NCBI GenBank assembly: GCA_010405405.1
Contig: MU004234.1
Coordinates: 1,391,275 to 1,455,274, forward strand
Direction: 5' to 3'
Source of the DNA: Microthyrium microscopicum
Taxonomy: Eukaryota
Length of the DNA: 64,000 bases
Shown: positions 9,508 through 21,273 of the stretch, in pieces
How positions within the stretch are numbered: position 1 is the stretch's first letter
Layout of the letters: each line of letters begins with the position of its first letter
Translations under genes and position numbers: made by a program
The notes under the pieces: generated by a model
Database searches by the model: none
The model's input: the letters and a program-made list of their open reading frames with translations, nothing else
What the model was told of the DNA's origin: nothing

Positions 9508-11612
9508 TTATTCGACTCTCCTCCATGATTTGTCCTGCCTCCATAACAGGATCAAGGAAGGCCCATGCCTTTTCCCAATGTTTTTGATCCTTAGTCCAGC
9601 ACCCTTCAACCGAAACTCAGCCTTATGAGTATTGAGGCCAACACCAGATGTGATATAAGAGTCCAACAGACGGTGCCAAAGGGCTTCTGCGACGCTACCA
9701 TGTATTGGACTTGGTACAAAGCATACTATGAATGGGGTCATACACTGATTTACGAAATGTGGTGAACTCTGAACCCCTCCCCAATATGCTTAATTTTACA
9801 GAATACAACCAATTGTATCGAGAATAGCTCATTACTCTGTTGTAAAACCTCTGGCCTAGGTCCCAATGTTCAGATTCCGTCCCTCTATAAAGAGCCTAAT
9901 TGGTCAGATTCTGCAAAATTCACATGTTTGGAGACACCTATGGGGGAGTGTCAGAGTTCACCACATTTCGCAAACCAGTGTAGGAAACTTGTCGAACAAG
10001 ACTCGCAAGGCGGCTATTGATTGTTGGACCTGCGATCTTGGGTGGAGACTTGCCTTGGGAATTGACAATATAGCGGCGGTTCACGTAGCCGCCCTTGATC
10101 TTGTCAATCTTTTTGATGCGCTCGTCATCCGAATTTTGATTGCAATACAACTCAAGGAGATCTGCAAGTTGAAGCAGCTGATTCTTGCATGGCCCTTTGC
10201 TTTGCTTGTCGACAAAGAAGAATGCATAGATGCAGACAACTTGAGTAGGCTCTTCACGTAGAATTGTTCTGGCATGATTGGCCAACTCTGGTTCCGACTT
10301 GATACGGGATGGTAGAGTTCCCTCGATGAGAGCGCGTATGTATGCAAGAGGAGTGGTAGATAGAATATCTTGACAATAAATGCTTGTGAGATGATCAACT
10401 TTGTCTGAGAACTCGGGTATGCTTGCAAAGTGTTGCGCATACTTCTCAATGAGTTCACCACGGTTCTCTTCCTTCTCAAACTTCACTCCAACAAAGGACA
10501 AGCAGATATCTAGTTGATCGAGGTAACTCAAACACCATAGTTCGCCTTGTGGCTGGAAAGGCTCAATCTCTTTGAGTGTACTGCCTATTGGAGATATTGT
10601 TAAGCGCGGTATTTATCCGTCACCCACGTTATCCTCGTCATCAGAGTCTTCGCTCTCAGAGTTCACGTCATCGTCTGGTAATTGAGTATGATTGCCAAGG
10701 CGATCGATGGCGCTCTGAGATGCTGGCAGCGCCCGAACAGAGTGATTAGGTCGAATCCTAGCAGGTGGTAATGCTGCTGTCTGTATAGGGGTATCAGGGA
10801 CTTTGAAAGTGCTGCCGGCGACTGGCACTAGCTTTGATTGTATGTATGTATCGGAAAGTTTGGCTCTCTTGCTGGCAGCGGGAGATACTGGTTGAGCAAA
10901 ATCTTTGCTCTGCACTGGTAGTGGCCGTTTGAAGCTCTTGCTAGCTGTAGAGGATGCTGGGCGAGTAGTGCTTCTAAAGGTGCTACCGGTAATCTGCACT
11001 GGCGGCTGTTGTATACGGGTATCAGAAACTTTGGGGGTCTTGCTGATATTGGATGGTGCTAGTCGAGAAGGGACCGGGTGTTGTAACGGGATAGGCTGGA
11101 GAGGGCCACGGGAACCGCGGAGTCCCGTATTGGTACAGCGGTATCAGTGACTTTGGTCTTCTTGCTGGCGGTAGATAATGTTGAACGATCTGAGACTTGG
11201 GAGGTGGTGCTACTGATCGCTTGCAGTGGTAGTGGCTGGAATCAGTTAGTACAATGATACGATCCAATCCGCTTTGATCGAACGGTCTTTTTGAGGTGTA
11301 GCCAGGATGTATATTTGGTAAGGTAGTACTCTATGGGGGGCTTCAGACACTCTGGCCGCCATCACTGGTCTTGATGTATACCAAAAGTCATTAAAGCAGG
11401 TGATTTCGCAGGGTTAATCTTACTTGCACAGAAGTATTGAAAAGATTGAGCAGATTACTAGTGCCAGAGGTTCGTAGTGGTCGAGCAGAATCCTTGGAAG
11501 TCTTGCTGGATGATTTTGTCTGAGCGGAAGGCTTCAAGCTCGGATTGGGAAAAGGAACCGCCTTGATATATACAGGGCCAGTATTCTCTTTATCGGCGTT
11601 GTCGTTAGCCAT
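9508..11612 (-). pseudogene. Decayed multi-exon gene: low-complexity S/P/K-rich N-terminus and globular C-terminal domain, with frameshifts and MITE G insertion
   Basis: Collinear minus-strand ORF pieces (11391-11624, 11022-11267, 10613-10999, 9938-10531, 9508-9741). A repeated SK..K(V/L)(S/T)DT motif is spread over different frames; donor GTAAGA follows ..TSVQ. Confidence 0.6.
9743..9980. mobile_element. MITE G (238 bp) inserted in the 3' part of a decayed gene
   Basis: TIRs CACTG(A/G)TTT(A/G)CGAAATGTGGTGAACTCTGA; TA flanks at 9741-42 and 9981-82. Outer TIR is nearly identical to MITE F. Confidence 0.92.
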
Positions 11613-11647
11613 TGCTAGTGACAATCATGAAGAGGGACGGGAGTGTA

Positions 11648-11708
11648 GAAGGAGAGACGAAACTTGAAGGAGAGACAAAACTTGAAGGAGAGACGAAACT
11701 TGAAGGAG
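11648..11708. repeat. 18-bp tandem repeat GAAGGAGAGAC(G/A)AAACTT x3.4
   Basis: Directly visible, just upstream of the decayed gene's start codon. Confidence 0.95.
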
Positions 11709-12510
11709 CTGCCAGGCAGAAGTGGCCAGACCAGGTACGTCGATGACTCCCTGAGTCCCTGGTCGCGGTTTCCCTTTTTGCGGAAAGCTCCTTCCTCGCG
11801 ACATCAACAACCAAAAACCTTCCCCCTCCTAAGCACCACAACCAACCCAACAGTATCTCCATGTTCAACATCCGAGATGGTTGGAGTTTGCCATCATTCT
11901 ACGTATGTTCTGGTGATTTCTATTGACCATGCTCTTTGCTATATGTGTCTCGGCGATATCTAGTACCACGGGATATGGAGACCGAAAGGGAAGGACTAGA
12001 GGAATGCGCCTTCCCCAACAGAACAGTCATGGCAGGAACGACTGTAGCAAGTGGAGCGGCGAGATTCTGCAGCTCCGCATCCAAGATCATGATGGCCTCT
12101 TGAAAACTTTACTTCCTCTCGCCGGTCATATTGCTCCGACGGCCAACATCAGGTACCGTACAGTGATCTCTTCAGTCATACTAGTACATATATCCCAATC
12201 TCTACCCAATCCTCATCATGGATTATCAAGAACCGGCCCCATTGATTCGAAAGCGCTGGAAGTAAGTCACCCTCAGTTCCTAGATGACTCCCTGTGGTCG
12301 CCATCGCATCCAGTGAGAGCCATAAATCGCGATGTCTCTTACAGGATACGGTTATCTTTGGGCAGATCTTGAAGAATCTGATCTGGCATTGAGTTTCTGT
12401 CGCGCTGGATCGTCTGCTACCATCGTACGCAATGAGTGCCATAGTCATCGATGACACTCATAGCATGCGGTGGAATTCAACTCAAAGACACTGATACTGA
12501 CATGCACCAG

Positions 12511-15053
12511 GCTAGTTTACCAAATGGTCCGAGAAACTCATTCAGTAGCCATCGCAAAACTTGCTGCCGAGGCCGTAGAAGTTCGAAAAAGGCAGGATAT
12601 CGTTCGCCAGATCCATGAAGCAGTGAAAGCCAAGGATTTGAAACGTTTTTGCGTTATCGCTGCCGAGCTCACTCAGAAATACCCCCAACACTCTTTTGAA
12701 ATGGGGGCTGAAATGGTTGCAAATGCCCTCGACTGCTGGATCAAACAGATCAGCCATAGCAATGCCGCCTTCATCCACCATGTTCTAGATCGAAGTGGAG
12801 AGTTTGAGCTCAGAACTAGGAAAGAATTTAAGTAAGGGTTAACGTAGGAGTGATCATATCATACTGACCTGTTTCAGGGAACGACGCCTTAAGGGAATAA
12901 TTTCCATGGACATGGAGCAACTTGCCGCAGCGGTTCAAGCGGAGAATTCACACAGCGCGGTCATAAACATGATACCATACTGGGCACAAGATCAGATGAA
13001 CCTGCTGAAGGAGATGCAAGACGAGATTGATCATCTGAGATCAAAACTATTCGACCAAGAGGAAGCAAAAATGCGGGCGGAGGTAAGATTTTCCCCATAA
13101 CACTTGATGGCTACAATATGATGCGTCTCTCATTGAGCGTTATGGCTGCCATCGAACGCGATGGCCTTCATAGTCTTGTACTGATAAACCCAGGTCGATT
13201 CTACCAACGTTACCACCCAGGAATCGCTTCAGGACTCCCAGGCTCCGGCACCATTGATGAAAAGAAAGATTTCGGCCTCGCTGCTAGACGTAGAACAACG
13301 TAAATCTCGCAAGTTGGAGCAGGTAAAATCTTTCTTCTCCCATTCCAAGCTATGGTCCCCGTCATCCATCGATGTTAATGCTACCATCGACGTTTATGGT
13401 TACTATGAAGTGCGTTGGCTAACCTTCAGTAGGCTCATGAGGAGAACTCGGAATCTTTGAAGCAAGTCAAAACCGAATTGGAGCTGACTCGTCAATACCT
13501 CACCACGGTAAGAGAAAGTTATAACAAGCTTGACAACTCGTGGCAGGAGCGCTGGAAACTGTACCAGGATTCAGTACTGGCTGAGTTCAAGAGGGTGGAA
13601 AATGAAACCGAGGCAAGATACGCGGAACTGAAACAGAAATACGACGATCTGGAAGAGAAGTACGACGATCTGGCAGAGAAATACGACGACCTGGAAGAAG
13701 AGAATAATAAGTTGCAGCAGGATAAGGACAGCATGGAAGCGTTGAAAGACGAAGAACTGAAAAGTTTGAGACTGGTAAGACTTCCAATCCATCTGATGGC
13801 TTACATCGCATCATATGGCTTCCATCGTTGTCGATTTCAATATTGTATTTGTATGCTAACATTTTTCAAGGAGAATGAGCAGAGCTACAATATTCAAGTT
13901 GATCCACCTCTGGAAGGGTGCACCTCTGTCAACAAAAAATTTGGTCATCATGGTCTCAGAGTGGTCTGGTCGAGGTAAAAGGAGTTGCGTGGAGAGTTTG
14001 TTCTGGTACAAGAGTGGACGACCTTGGAGACTTGGCACATTGCGATCCGGATCTATGGCAAAGGGCACGGAAAGGCTAGTTCAAGTGATCCTTTGAAATG
14101 TATGCAGGGTTTAAAGGGCCAGTATGGAGTGGAGCGGTTCAAAAACATTGATTTCGCGTACAACTGCGCAATATCTACTGGTGATTATCCAGAAGGCAAG
14201 AACAATCAGAAAGCAGTCTTCGACGAGTGGAAGGATAATGTGCAGCGGGAAATCAACCAAGTCATCCGTTCCGAAGGCGGCGCCATCCTTCATCCAGTGG
14301 TCCCGCGCAAAATGACTGAACAGCAACTGGTTGCGCTCCTCAATCGAGGCGGAATGCCAACAGTTCAGCAATTGATGGATGGATTCTCGTCTTGGACGAT
14401 CAAACATACCAAGCCGTACGCCCTCTACTTCCGCCTCATGTATCAAAGCAGTTACCCTCATGAAGACTGGCGCCAATGTTTCCATCCGGTATTCATTCGT
14501 CATAATCGTGCCGATTTGGCTGGCAAGAAGCCAGCAAAGGGCAAAAAGACTGCTACCAAAAGGACTGCTACCAAAAAGAAGGACACGCAGATTCCGGTTG
14601 CCTCTGGCTCCAGCAAAATCAAAGGCAAGAAAACTGTCAACGCCTCTGGAAGTGGCACCAGCAAGGCCCAAAATGGCGGAATCAAAAAGATTGATACTGC
14701 CTGTAGCTAGCAGTGGAGTGAAGGACGGCAAGGCTGCCAAGGCTGTTGCCAAAGAGACTGATACTGAAACTGGCGATATCGGCGGCGGCGCGGATGAGGA
14801 TTTGGTTGGTGAGGACAATGATGACGAGGATTGGATTGATGATGATATGTTGCTTGGTGTATTTGAGCCAAAATGGGACTTTGGCAAAGATTCTGATGAT
14901 GGAGATAAGCGTGAGGAAGATTTGGCTGAGCATCATGCGGAGAAGAAGGTCTTGAAAGACTTCTTTCTGGAGGAAGAAGATCAGGACGATGCATTCTTTG
15001 GTACATGGGAGCCAAAATGGTCCTTTGCCAATGATGTTTGCACCGAAAATTAG
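12511..15053 (+). pseudogene. Multi-exon coiled-coil orphan gene with basic then acidic tail; one premature stop and one frameshift; 5' end unresolved
   Basis: Introns 12832-12877, 13083-13192, 13323-13432 and 13775-13870 join the ORF pieces in phase. In-frame TAA at 13976-78; frame change near 14690; 21-bp YDDL(E/A)EK repeat x3 near 13620-13700. Confidence 0.65.
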
Positions 15054-16167
15054 TCTTCATTCTCATGTATGTAACGGGACTTGAAAAGCTATTACAAATT
15101 GAATGATTTATCTCACGATATGCTTTCTCTTGATCCCGTGCAGTCTTAGTATCAATTGTGTCTGTCTTCTGTTCCAAAGATTTTGTTCCAATCGGCGCCA
15201 GTCTTTCAATTGCCTGGATCGTATCTCCCGTCACTTTACAGATCGCGGGAGGGTGATCCAATACCTCGAAGATTCTGATCCCAAAGGTATCAGGTAACAT
15301 GACTTGGTCGTCGTATATACCTCAAGTTTATGAAGGTTTCGATCTCTCAATTGTGTCTCATGCTCTACTCGGATTTTATGATTTTGGATATATAAAGATG
15401 GTATGTAATGGGCGTAGGTACGTCCCTCCATAGCCTAGATAATTCAGTTATAGGAATATGAAGCTTATCTCGCTCGACGCCTTGGAATTTTGATTCCGGA
15501 GCCGTAAGTGACATGGATATCTAAGCCTTCAAAGATTTTGATCGCATAATCTTGCCAGAATGATGCATCTCTAAGGTATCAAAGCTTTTTATCACAGAGG
15601 CATCAGGCCAGTGACCAGAAAACTTTAGCTCGATCTTCCTATATCAGATACGCCCATCCACTGCAAAATTATTCCATGAGCACTTGGTTCCAACCCCCAT
15701 CGAGTGCGATAGAGCCCATCGAGTGCGATGGGATTCTGCACTAAACATTGAGGGAATCAGCCGATGCTGGATTTGAGATCTTGAAGAGGCATGATCTCAT
15801 TTCTCGACCAATTTGGAGTAACCTAGAGCTCCAAAATATATGGTGAGACGAAAATCGGACTAGAAGAGTGCATTTTTCCATAAATTATGGAGGAGCGCAG
15901 AATCACTGTCATATTACATACTAGCCATCATATACGCTGAAAATCCTGTACTAAATACTGGAGAAGGTGACTGAGGCATATTCAATTTTACTGGAAGATA
16001 GTATAATCATTTTTGATTCAACTTGAGGGTTTTAGAGCTGGAAGTTATGATAGTAATATAAAATCAATGAGTATGAGACTGTATTTTGCAGAAATTATAA
16101 AATCACTACCAGATGACATATTGCCATCAAATGCGCCAGTGCTTAATACGGGCTCGTAGACTCGTAT

Positions 16168-16602
16168 TTACATCTTCTTCTTCAATCCTTCAACATCCCA
16201 ATAGAACGGTTTCATCTCCGTGATCACGCCTCTCTGTCTATCCACTTTGATAACCTGTACCAGAGGTCGTGTCAACACCTCTCCGGTTCTTCGTATGGTA
16301 AAATCGACCTCACTGAGGACAACAGCTTTGTCTTCTCCTTCCAGAATCTCTGGACTCTTAACGTCAACCCCGGAGAAGATTTCGCCCATCTGTTTAGCCC
16401 AATTAAGGAATCCTTCAACACCTTCAAACTCACCCCCATAGGGAAGATCTGGAGATTGAATCAGCTTGACTTCAGGTGCAAGTGTTGCTGCGATTGCTGA
16501 TGGGTCCGCTGTTCCAGGAGCTGCACTCATGTATACTCGTTCAGCATCGTAGAAGCGTTGTAATATTTCTTTGGGCGTTGAGAGCGTATTCTGAGAAGCC
16601 AT
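16168..16602 (-). CDS. SnoaL-like / NTF2-fold protein
   Basis: 144-aa intronless ORF with SPDLPYGGEFEGVEGF, V..D...G.I.E.KPFYWD, typical of this fold family. Confidence 0.85.
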   Translation of the reverse strand: MASQNTLSTPKEILQRFYDAERVYMSAAPGTADPSAIAATLAPEVKLIQSPDLPYGGEFEGVEGFLNWAKQMGEIFSGVDVKSPEILEGEDKAVVLSEVDFTIRRTGEVLTRPLVQVIKVDRQRGVITEMKPFYWDVEGLKKKM

Positions 16603-17573
16603 TTTGGAGGAGGGTTCGATTTTGATCGGTTGTTGTTTCAAATGTAGGGTGTTTTATGTATTTTCTTGTCCTGTTCTGATATCGAGACAAGAGTGAAGTG
16701 GTTTTGTATACTCTCTCTTATATGAATATATTGGAGCCAAGGCTGGCCAAGACTGCTTATTCAAAGTATTGAGAAGATTGGTAAGCGAGGTAACCATTCC
16801 GCTGTCAACTTGCTTGATAATTGTAGGTGTAGAAGGAGACACATGCTGGTAGCAAATCAACACAAGATGGCTTTCGAATCTGTAATGAAGGTCAGAAATC
16901 ACGATCTCGCTTGGGACGCGAGTCCTTTTTCGAAATCTGAGCCAAATGATTTCCAAGCGCGAGAACGAGACATTCGGGATGTTTCTCAAACCCAGAATCA
17001 AGCTTTCTATCAATAGCACCATACTTTGATGTGTCGACTATTATCAGTGAACTCGAGCGTCACACATCTTGTCTTTCGTGAATTGATTAGTCGCATGAGA
17101 GTTACTTAGCTTGTCGAACTTGAGCTGGTTGAACTGTCAGGCTTTCGGGAATCGCTGCCACGCTGCCCTGGCGCAGAGGAACTTATACTCAGAAAGGCAC
17201 AGGTGTGTAGGTCGAATCAAGAAATGAATTTGGAAAAGCAGCTTTAGTAGCCGGGAATCGAAGCCGAGAAGGCACTGGCACAAGGCTGTAGTATGTTCGA
17301 TTGTAGTAGAGCACATATATCAATTCATGATAGCTCAGATCTTGTCCAGAATGCTTTCCATGTTTGCCATGGTATCTACCATCGCGACATCTGCCTAATG
17401 AGTTGATAGGCTTGCCATAAGCCTGCCTGCTCTTGCCTAGGATTGCTTGTTCCTACTTCATCCCTAGATATTAGTACTAATGTCGTTCTTCCCTTGCTCG
17501 TTTTGCTTTGGCCTGCCATGTCTTACAACCTCTGCATTTCATAACAAGCCTAAGAATTTAGACCCAAGCAATC

Positions 17574-18317
17574 ATGGCCGGCGAAGAGCAACAAGAGACC
17601 ACAGAAAGCGAGGAGCTGCTAGTAAGATGGCAAACATTTCGCTCATCATACCTTTTACGATACTGGTTGTTGGAGACTGGTATCTACAAACAACTAATTG
17701 CGCAATCAAGTCAGTGCATGCTAGAGGCCGAAAGCAACCCACGATATTGGTTGATCAAGACTCGAATCCTTCTGATGTGGATCGTGGACGATTGGGACGC
17801 TATTGAGGAATTACGGATAACGGCAGAGCACGAGTGGCGACAAGCAATACACGATTATCGTACCAGGCCTTTTAATGAAAAAGAAGCGCTATACCTCAAC
17901 GAACTGCGCGGCGATTTGGATGAGATGGCTACCGTGCAATTCGAAAATGTGGCAGACGCATTTCTCGATAAAGACGATGAGGATGAGTTGAAATATGAAG
18001 ATCAAGGCACTGAAGAGGCGGATGAGCCCAGTTCTCCGGAAAGACAACATGCAGTCGAGAAAGCTTTGACAGTGGATAATATACTTGGGCTTGACGACCC
18101 CGCCGGACATACAAAATCTGCTGTTGTGGAGCAGGGTGAAGACACCGACACTGTTGACCATGCCGCCACGACCGCCACTTCCAGAGTTAACGAGATTGGT
18201 AAGAATCTGGATTCTGCCAGAGCGCCTACAGACAAACTGTCCAGGAAGAGATTTTCTCAACGCAAGCGTCCCAGAGCTGGCGAAAGTACTGGATTGACTA
18301 GGTCCAAGGTCCGTTAA
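17574..18317 (+). CDS. Hypothetical protein (helical N-domain, acidic/basic disordered tail)
   Basis: 247-aa open ORF with good start context (atcATGG); PRYWLIKTRILL..IVDDW..E motif. Confidence 0.65.
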   Translation: MAGEEQQETTESEELLVRWQTFRSSYLLRYWLLETGIYKQLIAQSSQCMLEAESNPRYWLIKTRILLMWIVDDWDAIEELRITAEHEWRQAIHDYRTRPFNEKEALYLNELRGDLDEMATVQFENVADAFLDKDDEDELKYEDQGTEEADEPSSPERQHAVEKALTVDNILGLDDPAGHTKSAVVEQGEDTDTVDHAATTATSRVNEIGKNLDSARAPTDKLSRKRFSQRKRPRAGESTGLTRSKVR

Positions 18318-18567
18318 GCAATGAAGTCGTCTTCCAAGCTGATCAGGTATAGTGATTTCCAGCTTCGAGATCATACCAGAATGATCAAAGCGTTTTAGTC
18401 AAAGACCACGAGTATCGACCACATATACATACAGCTCTCTACAGAAAACAAGGACGTCTCAGTAGTGAAGAAGGATTGTGCCAGGACCAAAATTGTTGTT
18501 GGTGATAAAGTGGCCAAGAAATCCAGCCGCTGAAATAGATATTGATAATCAAGGTTACGTTATCCTT

Positions 18568-19973
18568 TCAAACAGTCAAGACCTGGCGTAACCAATCGCC
18601 CGCCATCTCAGCGTCAGATCGCCATAGGTTTCCTGGTCCAACTCCCCATAGTCCTACACCAGGCAGCGCATAGCTCTTGAACTTGACATCCGCCTGTTCG
18701 CTAATAAAGTCGACCTCGTTCTGCTGATCTTCGTCCAGATGTTTGAGATGACTAGCTCGTAGACCATGAGTTTTGAGATGCCGACTAACCTCGCCCGAGT
18801 ATAAAGAGAGAATAAACTCTTCATTCTGCGAAGCCAGTATACTTTCTTCTCCCGTCGTCATTCGGTAATGGGGGAGCATAATGTTTGATCCTGCTGGTGG
18901 AAATACACGTCGAGATTTGCGGCTCAGAGTGTAATCTGGTGGCTCGTCCGTCTCAGAGTCCGGCAACGTGCTGGCGGGAAGCGGAAATTCAATACCAGGT
19001 GTTCGGAAGAAATGGATCGGTGATGCGAAGACATCATAAAACGAATCCTCCTTGGTAAATATGCTCTTCCTCGCCTTCAACAGATCCTTTGCGCCAAGTA
19101 CATTCGAGTCTTTGTATTTCTGCCAAGAGGACAAGGCAGGTCCTTTTCTTTTTGACTTGTTGCTGCGTGCCATGATATTTTCAGTATCCGGGTCGGCATC
19201 GTCGACTTTGAGTACACCAAATTGCGCCGCCGCTAACTCGAGCTTCTCGCGATCAGGAACAACCCAGTCCGTGATAGGATTATTGACGGCAGCAGCCTGG
19301 ACTCTTGCCGGCCAAACACCGCGCCGGCTTTCAGTGAGAGCCAGCGAAGTAGCGAGTGAACCGCCAAAAAGCTGCCCCACAACGCCTATTTTGCCAATCG
19401 CAGACCGTTGACTATCCTCATTTCGCTCAGCTATTCGTTCAATGGCCCAATCATATCCTGCCAAGACATCGTGGACAGCAATAGGAAATGGAAATCCAGC
19501 CTCAGCTTGGTAGCCGATTCGAATTATCGTCGCGTTCGAGGCTGCGCCGAGAGCAGCAATGATAGGCTCGTCGAAGCCGGGTTGGTTTGCTTGACCCAAG
19601 AATGGACCGGCGCCCAGGTAAAGCAAAACGGTTTCGAATTTGGGCCCAGAGATTGGCTCGAGCACGCTGGAAGATGGCGTTAGCAATCGACGGTCGGTAA
19701 TGAAAGAATGAAAGGATATATCTACTTGAGAGTGATAGAGCTGTAACGAACTGGGAGATTTACAATCTCGGAGGCGGCAGGTCTTTGTATAACGCTCGAG
19801 TAGAAGCGTCCATGCTGGAATGGCTTGATTGTCGAGTTCAAGAGTGACTGAGAGCCCAAGGATAAGAAATGTACGCGATGTCGCGCATGAGTAAAGGGAC
19901 CAGCAGCCCCTGTGTTAAGCCGTTCAGGCCATCTTATTGCACGTCGATTTACCGATCTATGAAGCGATATCAT
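18568..19973 (-). CDS. Alpha/beta-hydrolase fold (lipase/esterase, HSL-like) protein with a probable mitochondrial presequence
   Basis: FPFPIAVHDVLAGYDW, IGVVGQLFGGSLA, FASPIHFFRTPG; intron 19667-19725; Arg-rich N-terminus containing RFYSS. Confidence 0.85.
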
Positions 19974-20353
19974 AGATTAATGCGAACTGGTCTATTTCGA
20001 GATGAAAGCGATCTGGGACATGATACATCAAGAAGAGTTGAGAGGGAATGATCTGATGTCGCGGGTCGATGAACGACCAGTGGAGTTTGACGCGTCTGAT
20101 TGGCTGACTGGACTTGCTCACCTTCGGCCTCGACTGGGAAGAATTAAAAGTCTTGGAAAGCATTCGTCATCTATTGGGAGGCCGATTCCATGTCCAAGAA
20201 GCAATAATTAAAAGAGAAGCAAATGATTTGTAGGAGGGATGCAAATTTCCAATTGTGACCCTAAAGGCTTTCCCATACTCCGAGCTCTACTAAATACATT
20301 ACAGAATCCAAAAAAAGAAAATACAAGAGGAAGATAAAAAAGAAGCAATCCTA

Positions 20354-20555
20354 TCCCCTCGGCTGATGAATTTCGATCCACAGTGCCTTGTGGCCTAATC
20401 AAGCCTAAACAGCCTATCCTGCCTTAATTGTCACGGGACAGCTTTTATTGCCGCGCGCCTAAAGTCCTTCCCGTGACATTTCAGGCGTATTAGGCTCTAT
20501 CAGGCCAACGAAAGGCCGCAAGGCACTGTGGATCGAAATTCATCAGCCGAGGGGA
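20354..20555. mobile_element. MITE H: 202-bp foldback element with TA target duplication
   Basis: TA-TCCCCTCGGCTGATGAATTTCGATCCACAGTGCCTTG(T/C)GGCCT and its reverse complement (43 bp, 1 mismatch); inner arms TGTCACGGGA / TCCCGTGACA. Confidence 0.9.
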
Positions 20556-20769
20556 TACGAAGGGGATATAAAACAATTGATAACGGTTGTCGTACAATCC
20601 ATGCCACGATGTAGCTTTTTGGCCAAAAATTCCATCCATGCTCAAAGGTGAGTCCGTCCACTTCAATCATGGCCCTTCATGATTCAAATGTGCGCAGCCG
20701 CATCGGCTACAGCTGTCCGTCTAACACAAGTGCCAGCTACCGATGTGCAAACCCACAAGGAGCGGTATC

Positions 20770-21273
20770 TCAATGAAGCTCAACGCTATCGAAATCTCGC
20801 ATCATGATTCCCATCTGCGCTCTTTTGACAGCCTCCGCCACCAAAGCAGACTGGCTCATATATGAATTCGTCTCTGAATGACCAGTCTGAGCATACGCCG
20901 CCTGCTGCTGTTGATATTGCTGCTGAAGTAAAGCCTGCTGTTGTTGTGCTTGATATTGCTGTGCCTGATATTGTTGTAGCTTTGCAAATTGCTGGGGTGT
21001 AAGCTGTTGTTGTTGCTGAGCTGCTTGAGCGGCTTGCGTATTAAAGTAAGGCTGTTGATGGGTCATTGTAGGAGAAGGAAGGGGAGCAGCGTGATGCTGA
21101 GCGGTCGGCGAGGTAGAGAGGTGGCCTGTCGAGTAATTTGAGTTTTGGGATGATATGCTTGTGGCAGAAGTCTGGAAGGCTGAGTATGTGCCGGATTGAG
21201 AGGCAGTTGAGCCTGATGGGAGAGCTGGATAAGGAGGACGGCGTGAGGGTCGAGAGGATCGAGAGGAGTCCAT
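20770..21273 (-). CDS. Small Gln-rich protein with conserved C-terminal motif (LVAEAVKRAQMGIMMRDF)
   Basis: 167-aa ORF, S/Q low complexity; the C-terminal EAxKRAQMxxxMRD motif resembles small fungal hypothetical proteins. Confidence 0.75.
   Translation of the reverse strand: MDSSRSSRPSRRPPYPALPSGSTASQSGTYSAFQTSATSISSQNSNYSTGHLSTSPTAQHHAAPLPSPTMTHQQPYFNTQAAQAAQQQQQLTPQQFAKLQQYQAQQYQAQQQQALLQQQYQQQQAAYAQTGHSETNSYMSQSALVAEAVKRAQMGIMMRDFDSVELH

Noticed and set aside
1..15400. Starship / giant transposon
   Set aside because: No DUF3435 tyrosine-recombinase captain, typical cargo or boundary repeat is visible; cannot be excluded beyond the left edge.
15696..15732. cccatcgagtgcgat x2 with a 7-bp hairpin
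   Set aside because: Too short; consistent with a local slippage duplication and has no functional context.
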